DNA of 64,000 nucleotides, taken from a virus. The stretch covers positions 1 to 64,000 of the IMG/VR virus record IMGVR_UViG_3300050029_000114, one strand, 5' to 3'. This document shows, piece by piece, positions 1 to 9,933 of the stretch. Each line of letters opens with the position of its first letter. Position 1 is the first letter of the stretch. The translations under genes and the position numbers were made by a program. The notes under the pieces are model-generated. The model saw only the letters and a program-made list of their open reading frames with translations, had not been told where the DNA came from and ran no database searches.

Positions 1-710
1 CAGCGTTTCACGACGCTCCTGGACACGTCGTACTGTTTCGCGGCCCGGTAGACGGTCGAGGCCCGGGCGAACGCGACTATCTCGGTTTGCTCCTCCGTCG
101 TCCAGGAGCGGCGCGGCCGGGGCGCGTGGCGGTGGTCGTCTGGTTTTTGAGGTTTCTGGGGTTCCGTGACCGCTTTGACCTCAACCGGTTCAGGGGCCTC
201 AACCGGCGGGGGAGGCGGGAGCGGGTGGCGTTCCCGGTCGTAGCCGGGGGAGAGCTGAGCACAGATACCGCCCTCGGCCAGTACCTCTCCTCGCGTCGAG
301 CGGATGACCGGCCGGACCACGCCGTCCCGGCCGCGCGCCCCGTCGAACGTGAACGGGTTAGGGGAACCGGTCACCGTGGCCTCATCCGGGCCTAGGAGGG
401 CCTCCAGAATGTCCCGGGGGACCGGGGACGTATCCGGGCGGAGGAGCGGTTCCGGTTCGCTCAGCCCGAGGACCCGGAGACACGCCTTAGCCTGTGAGGA
501 CGTGTGCTGCCACCACGCCCGCCCGCATATCTCACAGCCCGGGTCGTCCCCGAGACGGGCGGCGGTCGCGCATTGGAGATGGGCGGAAATCTCGGAGCCG
601 GGTTCCGCCTGGTCGAACGCTACGAGGAGAGCTATGAACGCGGTGAGGGTGATCCGGTCACAGTCGAGGGTGAGCGCGGGGAGCATCTTCCCGTACGGCG
701 GGTCAGCCAT
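1..710 (-). CDS. Hypothetical protein with C-terminal helix-turn-helix (runs off window start)
   Basis: Hand-translated frame from ATG at 710 (overlapping the stop of 703..1302) stays open to base 1. It has a CEICG motif and ends RRSWTTEEQTEIVAFARASTVYRAAKQYDVSRSVVKR, an HTH-like pattern. Absent from the ORF track because there is no stop in the window. Confidence 0.6.
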   Translation of the reverse strand, partial: MADPPYGKMLPALTLDCDRITLTAFIALLVAFDQAEPGSEISAHLQCATAARLGDDPGCEICGRAWWQHTSSQAKACLRVLGLSEPEPLLRPDTSPVPRDILEALLGPDEATVTGSPNPFTFDGARGRDGVVRPVIRSTRGEVLAEGGICAQLSPGYDRERHPLPPPPPVEAPEPVEVKAVTEPQKPQKPDDHRHAPRPRRSWTTEEQTEIVAFARASTVYRAAKQYDVSRSVVKR

Positions 711-1302
711 CGGTACCGGGGGCGGGTAGGTCCTTCCCGTAACAGACGAAGTACGCCATCCCGTCGTGGTGTAGCTGGTGGTGGCCGGGATGCCCGGGCT
801 CCCCGCAGTTCGGGCAGTGGCCCTCTACCGCGCTCCCGGTTAGCTCTTGCGGTTCTTCCGGTTCAGTCCCCATCCTGTTCCTCCCGGTCACAGGTATAGC
901 CGAGTAGGCCGTTGGCGTCCTCGATGTGGTGGTAGCGGCCGCCCGGCTCCCCGCAGTTCTCACAGCGTCATCGAGGGCCTCCTCCAAGAACCATACGACC
1001 TCGATCCGCTGGCGGCCGGGCGTGTCGTTGAAGCCGATAGCGCCTAGCCAGTCGGCGTTGTCCGAGTAGCCATAGGCGAAGTCACTAAGGAACTCGTAGG
1101 TCGAATCGCTGAACGTGTCTACGGGGAGAGCCCACCGGTCTGTCCGGCGTAGAGCGAGGCACCGGCAGGGCTTCTCCATCCGCAGCGGCCCGCTGATCCA
1201 GTCGGTCGCCGGGTCGGCTATCTCGAACAGGTTCGCCTCTAGCTCGGCGATGATCTTGCGGGTCGGGGTTATCGGCCGGTCGGCCGTCAGTGAGGGTGCC
1301 AT
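703..1302 (-). CDS. Hypothetical phage protein with C-terminal Cys/His motif
   Basis: 199-aa ORF; leaderless start 6 nt after TAGAGT; CPNCG...H motif near C-terminus. Confidence 0.6.
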   Translation of the reverse strand: MAPSLTADRPITPTRKIIAELEANLFEIADPATDWISGPLRMEKPCRCLALRRTDRWALPVDTFSDSTYEFLSDFAYGYSDNADWLGAIGFNDTPGRQRIEVVWFLEEALDDAVRTAGSRAAATTTSRTPTAYSAIPVTGRNRMGTEPEEPQELTGSAVEGHCPNCGEPGHPGHHQLHHDGMAYFVCYGKDLPAPGTDG

Positions 1303-1323
1303 GCGGCAACTCTAGCGCGCTAG
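1303..1323 (-). promoter_or_regulatory. Class B promoter motif CTAGCGCGC-TAGAGT, leaderless
   Basis: TAGCGCGCTA at 1313-1322; -10 TAGAGT at 1309-1314; 6 nt to ATG at 1302; 26-nt identity with the copy at ~20962-20987. Confidence 0.7.
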
Positions 1324-1336
1324 TGGTCGCGGCCGC

Positions 1337-3091
1337 TCAGCGGCGCCCGGTGCTGGTCACCCGGGGGATCATCACCCGGCCCGCCTGCCGGGCCTGCCCC
1401 GGGCCGCGCTCGGTCGTCGTCGGTGTCGCGGGCATCTGCCGGTGCGCGGCGCTCGTCATGCTTGCCTCTCCCCCGAACAGCTTGAGTAGCGCCTGGCTGG
1501 TCGCGTCGACCATGTCGTCGTGCGGGCCCGGGAACGCCGACATCTCCTCAAGGTAGGTGCCCGTCCACGGGGCCCGGGCGAGAATATGGACGTTCCCGGC
1601 CTCGATCTTGCCGGACTCGGCCCGCATCCGGGTCGCCTTATCCCCGACCGGTGTCGCCTTGATCAGCCCCGCCATGCCCTTGCGGCGGAGCCGTTGGACG
1701 GCGTCGCGTTCGTTGTCGGTCATGCCGATCTGGCTCGCCATCTCGACGCTCAACGTGTAGCCCGGTTTCGCCTGGCGTAACTCGGTCATCACTTCGGGGG
1801 CGTTGCCCGTGTACTCGCAGAAATGGCGGCGGATACCCGGGTGGCGGACCGCCATCAGGGCGATCGCGTTCGCGGTTGTCGCCTGGTTCCATTGGCCTCG
1901 TAACTGGTCGAGTAGCCATGCGTCGCTGCCCGTCCTGATCCAATACTGGCCCACGACGTAGTCGCCCTGCTCGTTGTCTTTCAGCTTGAAGTCCCACGAG
2001 GAAATCGCGTCGTCGAAACCGGGCGGGGCCTGATCTTCGAGCCGCCACCATGACCGCTTGATTTCGCCGCCCTCGGCCGGGCTGGGCCGCTGCTGGGATA
2101 GCGCGGCCGTCAGATAGGACCCGAGGCGTAGCTGGCGGCCTTTGACGGTCGCGAGCGAGAAGCGTTCCGGTTCTATCGGTTCGCCGGGCGCCCGGCCGAG
2201 CGGGTCCGGTTGGTGAAGGTACGGGTCGAGGCTGTCCGGGTCGTACTCCTCGGCTAGCTCGGGGATGCGGACTATCTCCCAAGCCTCGCCGGTCCCGTCC
2301 TCCATCCGCTGTTTCAGGCGGGCGGTCGTGTCGTCCTCGTGCCAGCGGGTGTGCACGATGAGTATCCAGGCGTCATCGGTTTCGAGGCCGGATGAGACGA
2401 CAGCCCGGTATTGGTTGTCGACTAGCTCTCGGCGGGCGAGGCTGTGCGCCTCCTGCCAGTCTTTGAACGGGTCGTCGAACACGACGCCGTGCGCGCCGAA
2501 CCCGGTCAGGCCGGACATGATTCCCGCGGCGACCACTCCGCCTCCGTCCCGGGTGGTGAACTGGCCTTTCTCCTGCTGGTCGGAGCGAAGCTCGGCGCGT
2601 AGCTCGTGGCGATGGAGGCGGAGGATGTCTCTGATGGCGAGGGCGTTCGTGGTGGCGAGCTTGTCGCCGTAGCTGACGAGGATCAGTTTGGTGGTCGGGT
2701 CACGGTCGAGCGCCCATGCCGGGCCCCACTGGCTCGCCCATGTGCTCTTGCCGTACCGGCGGGGCAGGTTCCATATCTGTCGGGGTGATTCGCCGGTGAC
2801 GGCCCGCGTGAACTTGGTGCCGAGGAGGACGGTGTACCGCCATAGCTTGATTCGGCCCCGGCTCAGGTGGTGGGCCATCGTGGCGGGTGTCTGCCGCCAC
2901 GCGAGGGCCGGGTCGCGCCCGGCGACTAGGTCTAGCTCCGGTTCGGATAGGGCGGCCTCGATGACCGTCATCGTGTCCTCGTCGGCGGCCTCGACTACCT
3001 CGGCGAACTCGGCTTCGCTGAGTGTCGTCAACCAGCGGCCCATCGCCTGCACCGCCTGGCTGTCGGGGCGCTGTCGGGCTCGGGTCGCCAT
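1337..3091 (-). CDS. terL: Terminase large subunit
   Basis: Walker A-like LPRRYGKST, VVFDDP Walker B, HTRWHEDD, C-terminal nuclease SSWD...DY and HDDMVDA motifs. Confidence 0.93.
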   Translation of the reverse strand: MATRARQRPDSQAVQAMGRWLTTLSEAEFAEVVEAADEDTMTVIEAALSEPELDLVAGRDPALAWRQTPATMAHHLSRGRIKLWRYTVLLGTKFTRAVTGESPRQIWNLPRRYGKSTWASQWGPAWALDRDPTTKLILVSYGDKLATTNALAIRDILRLHRHELRAELRSDQQEKGQFTTRDGGGVVAAGIMSGLTGFGAHGVVFDDPFKDWQEAHSLARRELVDNQYRAVVSSGLETDDAWILIVHTRWHEDDTTARLKQRMEDGTGEAWEIVRIPELAEEYDPDSLDPYLHQPDPLGRAPGEPIEPERFSLATVKGRQLRLGSYLTAALSQQRPSPAEGGEIKRSWWRLEDQAPPGFDDAISSWDFKLKDNEQGDYVVGQYWIRTGSDAWLLDQLRGQWNQATTANAIALMAVRHPGIRRHFCEYTGNAPEVMTELRQAKPGYTLSVEMASQIGMTDNERDAVQRLRRKGMAGLIKATPVGDKATRMRAESGKIEAGNVHILARAPWTGTYLEEMSAFPGPHDDMVDATSQALLKLFGGEASMTSAAHRQMPATPTTTERGPGQARQAGRVMIPRVTSTGRR

Positions 3092-3098
3092 AGGCGGT

Positions 3099-3335
3099 CT
3101 AGTCTGCCAGGTAGGCGTGCAGCGCCGCTCTGATCGCCTTAGAGCGGGCTCTGGCGGCCTGCTGGTGGGCTGGGTCAGCGGGCTCCCAAGTGTCCGCTAG
3201 TTCGGTGCCGTGGAAGATCGGGGCGGGCTTGCGGAACCGGTCGCCCTCGGCCATGAGCGAGTCACGTAGCCGGTCCCAATCAAGCCATAGCTGGCGTTCC
3301 TCCGCTCGGCGGTTCCGGCGGTTTACGGGCGGCAA
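3099..3335 (-). CDS. Hypothetical protein
   Basis: 78-aa ORF in the co-directional run between terS and terL. Confidence 0.5.
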   Translation of the reverse strand: MPPVNRRNRRAEERQLWLDWDRLRDSLMAEGDRFRKPAPIFHGTELADTWEPADPAHQQAARARSKAIRAALHAYLAD

Positions 3336-3517
3336 TCGTATCTGCCCGAGTCGGGGTCGAGATGGTCGAGCGGGGCGCCGTCGTGGCAGGCCGGGCAGCG
3401 TTTGTCGGCGTCCGGGTGCGGTTGCTCGGTCGGCGGCCTCGGGGGCGCGGTGATGGTCGAGAGCGGCGGGGCGGGCAGGACCGCCTCGAACACAGCCCGC
3501 ATGACCCGCGCCAGCAT
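3323..3517 (-). CDS. Small hypothetical protein with CPACH motif
   Basis: 64-aa ORF between terS and terL. Confidence 0.4.
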   Translation of the reverse strand: MLARVMRAVFEAVLPAPPLSTITAPPRPPTEQPHPDADKRCPACHDGAPLDHLDPDSGRYDCRP

Positions 3518-3522
3518 CGGGT

Positions 3523-4116
3523 TTACGCCTCCTCGGCTATCGCTTCGCCCGCCGCCTGCTCGTCGCTTCTACCGCCCCCACCCTGGATCACCCTGAACCT
3601 CTGCATCACCGCCGCCGCCCGCTGCTCCATCGGCACCGGGTCCGGTTTCTCGTCGCCCGGCCTGGCCTGCGCTATATCCGCGCCCGTCATCTTCCGGTAC
3701 GACTCCTGCACCTTCAACAGCACGAGGATCGCCTTCAACCGAATCTCGTCGTCCTCGACCGCGACCAGTTCGACCGCGCCGGTCACCCGGTTCTTGCGCT
3801 CCTCGTAAACCACCTTCCCCGCGTGCCGGACCGGGTGGCTCGCCACCATGATCTGCACCGTCCGGTAATACAGGTCCGCTAGCTGCTCCGCGGCGAGCGC
3901 CCGTATCTCCTCGACGTGCGGTGCCGGTAGCCGCTCCAGTTCCTTACTGATCGCCGTGCTCACGCTCCCCGGCCCGCCCGGGTACAACGGCCTGCCGTCC
4001 AGCCCGGGGCTGTCCGCTATCGCCTGGAGCGTCGCCCCCGCCTTCCGCAACTCCAACGCACGCGTCGCCTTCACCCGCGACTCCACCACCCGGCTCGACG
4101 TTTTCCGCCCGGCCAC
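3523..4116 (-). CDS. terS: Terminase small subunit (HTH)
   Basis: N-terminal HTH (ALELRKAGATLQAIAD), helical body, position upstream of terL. Confidence 0.75.
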   Translation of the reverse strand: MAGRKTSSRVVESRVKATRALELRKAGATLQAIADSPGLDGRPLYPGGPGSVSTAISKELERLPAPHVEEIRALAAEQLADLYYRTVQIMVASHPVRHAGKVVYEERKNRVTGAVELVAVEDDEIRLKAILVLLKVQESYRKMTGADIAQARPGDEKPDPVPMEQRAAAVMQRFRVIQGGGGRSDEQAAGEAIAEEA

Positions 4117-4798
4117 TAGCGCGCTATACCTTGCCGGGGGGTCGGGTTGCCCTCATGGGGTGGGACTATAGCGCGCTTGGGTGGGGGGTTGGGCGGTGAT
4201 GCGGGTGGCTTCGTAGATGCCGTTGTAGATGCCGTTGTAGGGGTCCTCTTGGGGGATGGGTTTGTGGGGGAAGTAGCGGGTGATCCAGTGGTGGTTTATT
4301 GTCCAGCCTCGTCCGCAGCAGGGGCACCAGCCTGGGGTGATGGTGGCGTGTTCGTCGAACAGGGTGTTGAGGGTGTGGGTGAACTGGTCGGGTAGTGGGG
4401 CGGGGGTGAGGGGGGCGGCGCATTCGGGGCAGCGACCTTCGGATAGTTGGGCTAGGCGTATCGGGTGGTCGTTGGCTAGGTCGCTGATCCGGTGTTCGGG
4501 GCAGGTGCAGGTGGGCGGCGGGACGTTCCGGCGGCCTCCTGGGCGGTCGTAGCTCACGCTGGGAGCCAGCCGTTGTCTCGGGCGCAGTCCTCGCACACAT
4601 AGATGCGGACTAGCTGGGTGGCTGGCGGGAGGCCGAGGGCTGCGGCGGCGGCTTCAGCGTCGGCGTCGGTGCCGATCTTCGTGAAGAACCCGCCGCATCG
4701 GTTGCATTGGAAGTGGGTTCCGGCGGTCGGGTGGCCGTCGGCGGGGTTGTGGCGATGGTCGGCTAGCTGGGGGCCGCCGCATGTAGGGCAGAGGGCGG

Positions 4799-5080
4799 TC
4801 ATCGGTTGGCAATTTCGAGGAGTACGTCGGCGTGGCAGGGCCGGTCGAGGGGACACCAGCACATCAGGTCGTGTCCGGCTAGTTCCGTCTTGGCTGCGGC
4901 CAGTAGATCAGCCTGCTCCGCTTCGTTGATCCATCGCCGGTACTCGGCCACGACAACCTCGGCGCCGTGAGTCCCGATTAGGAACGGGTTGCCCCAGCGG
5001 GTCGGGCGGGCGACGTTGACCGCTCCGGGCGGTTTCCGCCATCCGCCCGTCCGGCGCATCTGGATTCGTTGCGGGCTCAT
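4799..5080 (-). CDS. DUF4326 family protein
   Basis: VARPTRWGNPF and LAGHDLMCWCP...CHADVL motifs. Confidence 0.85.
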   Translation of the reverse strand: MSPQRIQMRRTGGWRKPPGAVNVARPTRWGNPFLIGTHGAEVVVAEYRRWINEAEQADLLAAAKTELAGHDLMCWCPLDRPCHADVLLEIANR

Positions 5081-5769
5081 GTTGTCACGTCCGGTGGGGT
5101 GCGCCCTTGCAGTTCGGCGGGGCTGGCGCCCTTACGTTCGGCTAGCGCGTACAGGTAGGAGCAGCGGCCTTGAAGTCGGCGGACCTCGGCCGCTTCCCGC
5201 TGGCCCCATGCGAACGCTGAGGCGTGGCGGTCCTCGGCTGCCCGGCGGTCCGCGTCGGCGATGTCGTGGGCTCGGTTCTCGCGGCGGCGGGTCGCTTTCT
5301 CGATGATGACGTAGCCGGAGGCGTCGAGGTGGGTGATCAGTTCGTCTATCTCGTAGCCGTACATCGTGTTCCCGTCCCATGCCTCGATGGTCCGGCGGAG
5401 CTTCGGGTCGTCTACGATCACGGCGTCAGCGTGGTAGCCAAGTAGCGGGCCGGGCAGCCCGGCGGCTTGTGCGGGCTCCTGGGGGCCTCTCGTGGCCTCG
5501 TGGGGCCGGTTCCACATCAGCGTGAACGCCGGGTCGCTGTTGTGGTTGCCATACTCGATCCCGGCGTAATGGCGGGGCCAGTCCTCGTCGATACTGAGGT
5601 ACGGGCGGTTGATGTTGCTCAGGTCGACGAGCAGGGAGAACGGTCCGGCCCGCCATTCCCATCGGCACCGGTCAAGGGTGTGGTCGGTGCATAGCCCGAT
5701 TATCGGCCATGCCCGGTTCCAGCATTGCTGGCGGCTGCCCCATGAGTCTCGGTGGCGGCAGCGGCTCAT
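5077..5769 (-). CDS. Hypothetical protein
   Basis: ATG at 5769 couples (ATGA) to the upstream ORF; part of ORF 5077..5901. Confidence 0.5.
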   Translation of the reverse strand: MSRCRHRDSWGSRQQCWNRAWPIIGLCTDHTLDRCRWEWRAGPFSLLVDLSNINRPYLSIDEDWPRHYAGIEYGNHNSDPAFTLMWNRPHEATRGPQEPAQAAGLPGPLLGYHADAVIVDDPKLRRTIEAWDGNTMYGYEIDELITHLDASGYVIIEKATRRRENRAHDIADADRRAAEDRHASAFAWGQREAAEVRRLQGRCSYLYALAERKGASPAELQGRTPPDVTT

Positions 5770-5920
5770 CGTGGCCGCCGTGGTGCTAGGGCGGCGGCGA
5801 TGTACCGGTCTATCTCGGCCCGGTTCGCCCGTATGAAGCTGCTGATGCCTTGGCCGCTCGACAACCACCAGCGGTACAGCCCTTCGTCGTTCTGGACCCA
5901 TTGGTCCCGCTCGCCGTCGT

Positions 5921-6535
5921 TCATCCGGTCATCTTCCTCCACTCGTCGAGAGTCACGGTTTGGCCTGCCCGGATCGCCTTCTCCAACTTGCCCATAGGGA
6001 ATCTCTTGCGGCCTTGGTTCGGTTTCGGCCATTCCTCGTCGGTCAGGTCAATCGGTTTCACCCCGCACTGCCGCCATGCGGCGAGGATCGCCGGGAGCGT
6101 CCAGTCGTCGGGCCGCTGGTAGAACTCGAACATGCAGGCGTAGTCGGTGCAGCCCGCGCCCGGGCATCCCCGGTGGGCGATTGTCAGCTTGTCGGCTGTC
6201 TCGCGGAGCGGGCGCCAGCCGTCGGGGTCGTCCTTACCGACGCTCACCATGACCTCCTCGCGGTCCGGCCAGGTGATGTCGAGGATGGCGCCGTTCTCCA
6301 TCGGCAGGCGAGCCTCAATGGAAGCGTTAACGGTGTACGGCTTGCCGTCCTTCGGGTGGGCCTCGTGCTCGGGCGTGTAGGCCCAACTGGCTACCGGGAC
6401 TGTCTCATGGTCTACGAGGACGATGCCGGGCCTGGTCCGCTCGACAGTCACGGTCGGCCCGCCTGGGATCAGGCCGTGGGGGTATGTCTTGTAGTCGGTC
6501 GTCCATCCCTTGGCGCAATGCACGGTGGCCGTCAT
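5921..6535 (-). CDS. Hypothetical protein
   Basis: Coupled ATG at 6535 within ORF 5921..6688. Confidence 0.55.
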   Translation of the reverse strand: MTATVHCAKGWTTDYKTYPHGLIPGGPTVTVERTRPGIVLVDHETVPVASWAYTPEHEAHPKDGKPYTVNASIEARLPMENGAILDITWPDREEVMVSVGKDDPDGWRPLRETADKLTIAHRGCPGAGCTDYACMFEFYQRPDDWTLPAILAAWRQCGVKPIDLTDEEWPKPNQGRKRFPMGKLEKAIRAGQTVTLDEWRKMTG

Positions 6536-7174
6536 CGGCCTATCGGCCTCTGGCTGAGCGGCAGCCAGCCGTCCGGGCCCTCGCCGACCGCGGCTAGTCC
6601 GTCGAATCGGCGGTCGCCGCGCGGGCCGCTCACATGCCAGCGGAGACAGCCGCCGTAGCACGGCCAGGGTCGGTCCTTCCGCCACCACGGGAACAGGCGG
6701 CGCAGACTGGAACGGCGGACCGCCTCAGACATCGTGAAGCTCAGCCGTCCCGTCAGCCCGCAAACCTCCGGGTAGACCCCGCCGGGCGCTACCGCTGCTC
6801 CGAATCCCAGCGTCTTGAACGTGAGCCCGCCTCGGGGCGCCTGGAACGTCGGTAGGGCTGCCCTCGCCGGGGCCCAATAGTCGGGGCCGTTCGGCATCAG
6901 CCGAACCGGTGCGCGATGGAAGGCGGGACAGCCAGGCTGCCACCGCCCTCGATGAATACGAGCGTCAGGCCTTCGTCCTGTGCCCACTGGAGGGCGTCCC
7001 CGTGTTGCCAGTCGTCGAAGTCGGCCTGTAGGACGGTCATCGCTGCCGCCCACTCCGCCGTGTGAACGAGCCCTCGGGCCCGCTCGCCGTTGAATACGGC
7101 CAGCTTCTCGAATGCCTCGGGCATCGGTGATCCTCGGCCCATCGTGTCTCCGTTCGGTGAGGGTTCGGGTAGAA

Positions 7175-7585
7175 CTATAGCGCGCTAGGGGTGCGGGCGG
7201 ATTGGTAGGTGGTTTCGGCCTCAGCGCATTCGTCGCAGACGGCGCCCGATCGTCGTTCTAGCTGATAGCGGGCTCTCGTGCCGTGCCTGGAGGTTGCGGG
7301 CCTCCCGGGGCGCCCTGGGGGCCTTAGGCCGGGGATTACAGCAGTGATCCGGGCGAGGATCGTCGCCAGTTCGGGGGCGGTCAGGTCGCATGACTGCCGT
7401 TCGGGCATTCCGAGGGTGGCGCGCAACCGGTTCGCCAGTATCCGGCGGGTGTCGCGCTGACGGATCGTGTCGGCGGCCTCCCGGCAATGATCCGAACAGT
7501 ATTTCGTGGTGGTCCCGTTCGTCGGGTTGACATGGCATGGCCGGTATTGGCAGTGGGCGCACAGCGGGGGCGGGCGCTCGGTCAT
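7175..7585 (-). CDS. Zn-binding hypothetical protein
   Basis: CAHC...YCSDHC and HGTRARY...CDEC motifs typical of actinophage proteins. Confidence 0.6.
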   Translation of the reverse strand: MTERPPPLCAHCQYRPCHVNPTNGTTTKYCSDHCREAADTIRQRDTRRILANRLRATLGMPERQSCDLTAPELATILARITAVIPGLRPPGRPGRPATSRHGTRARYQLERRSGAVCDECAEAETTYQSARTPSAL

Positions 7586-7905
7586 GCCGCGTGTCTCCGC
7601 TGGCTGGGTAGTTTGCGGGCGAGAATCCGGTTGACGATCATCGGGGCGAGAAGCGGGCAGTACTTGGCCGCCGACTCGCCGTTAGCGATCGCCTCCCATT
7701 CCGGCCATACGTCCGCGGCCCACAGATTGCAGCGGAGGGCGAAGTCGTCGGCCTGCCACCATGTCAACCCGCGTGTCATCTGATGGCGGGTATGGCTGCT
7801 CGTCATCCCGATCTTGGCGGCTAGCTGCGTCCAGTTCGCGCACCGGGCTGCTACCCGTAGCGGGTCCATCGGGAGGCGGGCGGGCAGCCGGAGGGGGCCG
7901 GTCAT
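7582..7905 (-). CDS. Putative HTH DNA-binding protein
   Basis: NWTQLAAKIGMTSSH...ADDFA...VWPEW pattern. Confidence 0.55.
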   Translation of the reverse strand: MTGPLRLPARLPMDPLRVAARCANWTQLAAKIGMTSSHTRHQMTRGLTWWQADDFALRCNLWAADVWPEWEAIANGESAAKYCPLLAPMIVNRILARKLPSQRRHAA

Positions 7906-8269
7906 CGCTGGGCCCGGAGTAGGGCAGCGGCATGCTGGAGTGCCTTAGCCGCGTCGGCGATCGCTTCGTCCTCGGCGCAGGTGATGATGAGCCCGGTCCC
8001 GTAGCAGCACGCCGCGCAATGAGCATGGCCGGGCACGCCGTAGGCGGGGGTCCGGCAGATCAGCGGGTCGACTATCTCGTCAGCGAATGCCATACGGTCG
8101 GCGGCCTCTGTCGCTGTCGAGGGCGGAGCCGCTTCCTGCTCGATGACCCGCACTAGGTCGCGGATCAAGTAGAAGGCGCCGTTGGTGAGGCTGTAGTTGC
8201 CGACCTCGGACGCGGCGAGCATAGCCTTGGCGTGAGCGAGGGCGTTCTCGACGCTCAGCGGGCTCGTGC

Positions 8270-8959
8270 TCATCGCCATGCCAGCAGGATCGACTCGTGC
8301 TCGATGACCGGCACGGCCTTCGCCTCGCCGCCCTTGTGCGGCGCCTTGGTGCCCTCCCGGTTCTGGCGCTGCCCCGGGCAGGCTGGCTGGGCGGCGATGA
8401 CCACCCGGTAGGAGCGGGTTTTGAGGAGGGCGATCCATCGGCCCGTCAGGTCGTAAACCTCGCCCGCCCGGATCGAGTCCTTCACGTTGACGATCGCTAG
8501 CGACGGCCACCACTGGACGGCCTTGCGGTGGATCGTCCAGTACATAAGCTCGTGGGTTCGGCTCCCCCGCCCGCTGTACCGGCCACTGTTGTTCGGGTGG
8601 AGCGCCCGGCCCGCGGCTACCCGGTAGGTCATGCGGTCGCTGTCGTCCTTCGGCTGCCACGAGTCGCTGCAGCCGTTGTTGTAACTCGGACTCGTAACCA
8701 CGGCGTGGGCCTGGATCGGGTAGCTGTCCATCTCGGTCGCGTCGGCGAGGGCCACGCGGGAGTCGGCGTCCCGCCACGGCTCGATGTCGCCGCCCGCGAA
8801 TACGTAGCCGAGCCGGTCGCATAGGGCGCCCAGCCGTGTGCCCTCCCCGGCGAACGGGTCGAAGATGAACTCGTGGTGGCGGACCACGTTCGGGATCAGG
8901 GTGGCTAGGGCCTCGATGACCTCGACGCTGAACTGTGCCGGGTTCCGCTCGGCCGTCAC
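8270..8959 (-). CDS. Amino (N4-C/N6-A) DNA methyltransferase
   Basis: SAM-binding FDPFAGEGT followed by catalytic-type VVTSPSY (SPPY-like). Confidence 0.8.
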   Translation of the reverse strand: MTAERNPAQFSVEVIEALATLIPNVVRHHEFIFDPFAGEGTRLGALCDRLGYVFAGGDIEPWRDADSRVALADATEMDSYPIQAHAVVTSPSYNNGCSDSWQPKDDSDRMTYRVAAGRALHPNNSGRYSGRGSRTHELMYWTIHRKAVQWWPSLAIVNVKDSIRAGEVYDLTGRWIALLKTRSYRVVIAAQPACPGQRQNREGTKAPHKGGEAKAVPVIEHESILLAWR

Positions 8960-9134
8960 TGGCGCAGCGAGTCCGTCGCCGCCGCGTGGACCAGGTAGGA
9001 AAACTCGGAGACGTGCTCAACGGCCCGGACGTGGTGCTCGCATAGGGCGGTACCGCCGATCAGCGCCGCTGCTGGGGCCGGTGGGATGCCCTTCGGGTTG
9101 GTCACTATGCAGAGCGCGCAGTCGGGGTGCCAGT

Positions 9135-9921
9135 TCACAGCGTGTCCCCGGGCATCTGCTGCCACACGGTCCCGTCAAGCTCAGGCTGGTGAATCTTGCG
9201 GCCGTTCGGCTCAGCGTCCTGCTTGAAGAAGAACGGGATGCCCTGGTCGTAGCAGCGGTCCCGTATCGGCCGCACCCAATCGATGTCCATCGGCCGGGCC
9301 CCGTGCCCGCTCTCCGCCCCGACGATCACCCATCCGATCCCGGTCAGGTCGAGCGAGGGCAGCGGTCCTAGCAGCGGCTCCAAGCTGAGGAACCGGACGG
9401 CGGCTGGGGTGTCCCGCAGGTGGTGGGCTCGGAACGTGAAGCGGTCGCTCTCGATGCTCGTGCCCAGCCAAATGTTGCGAGGTATGCCGACCGGCGGTGA
9501 GCCCTGCCCTGCCGACCAGCGCGCCCGGACGTAGCCGCGCATCCTCGGTGCCCGTTTCGTGAGCACCTGATAGGTGTGGCGGTCCGCTGTCTCCATCACG
9601 TCGAACACGGCGTTGAGGAAGCTGGCTGACGCGTCAGGGTGGAACAGGTCGCTCATGCTGTTCACGAAGATCAGGCGCGGCCGGGTCCAACGGTGCGGCT
9701 GGTCGAGCCGGTCCGGGTGTTCGGTAAACTTGAAACCGGGGCCGCTCGTGCGGGGATCGCCGTCAGCCTGGTAGGCCGCGCTACCCATCCGCTTCAGGCG
9801 GCCCGCCATCGTCAACGCATAGCAGTGGTCACCCGGGTAAGCACCCGGGCGAGACGCGATCGCAACCCGACGAAGGGTTCCAAGTCGCGTCGGTCCAATC
9901 GATGTTCGAGTGGTCGCCCAT
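9135..9921 (-). pseudogene. DUF5131 (phage Gp37/Gp68) protein interrupted by a 10-nt insertion
   Basis: ATG at 9921 gives [27 protein letters not shown] then LPG-stop. The rest (DHCYALTM...IFVNSMSDLFH...SLEPLLG...WVIVGAESG...FFKQ) is in another frame. The extra bases are TTACCCGGGT (9831-9840). Confidence 0.8.
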
Positions 9922-9933
9922 GGTTCTTTTGCC

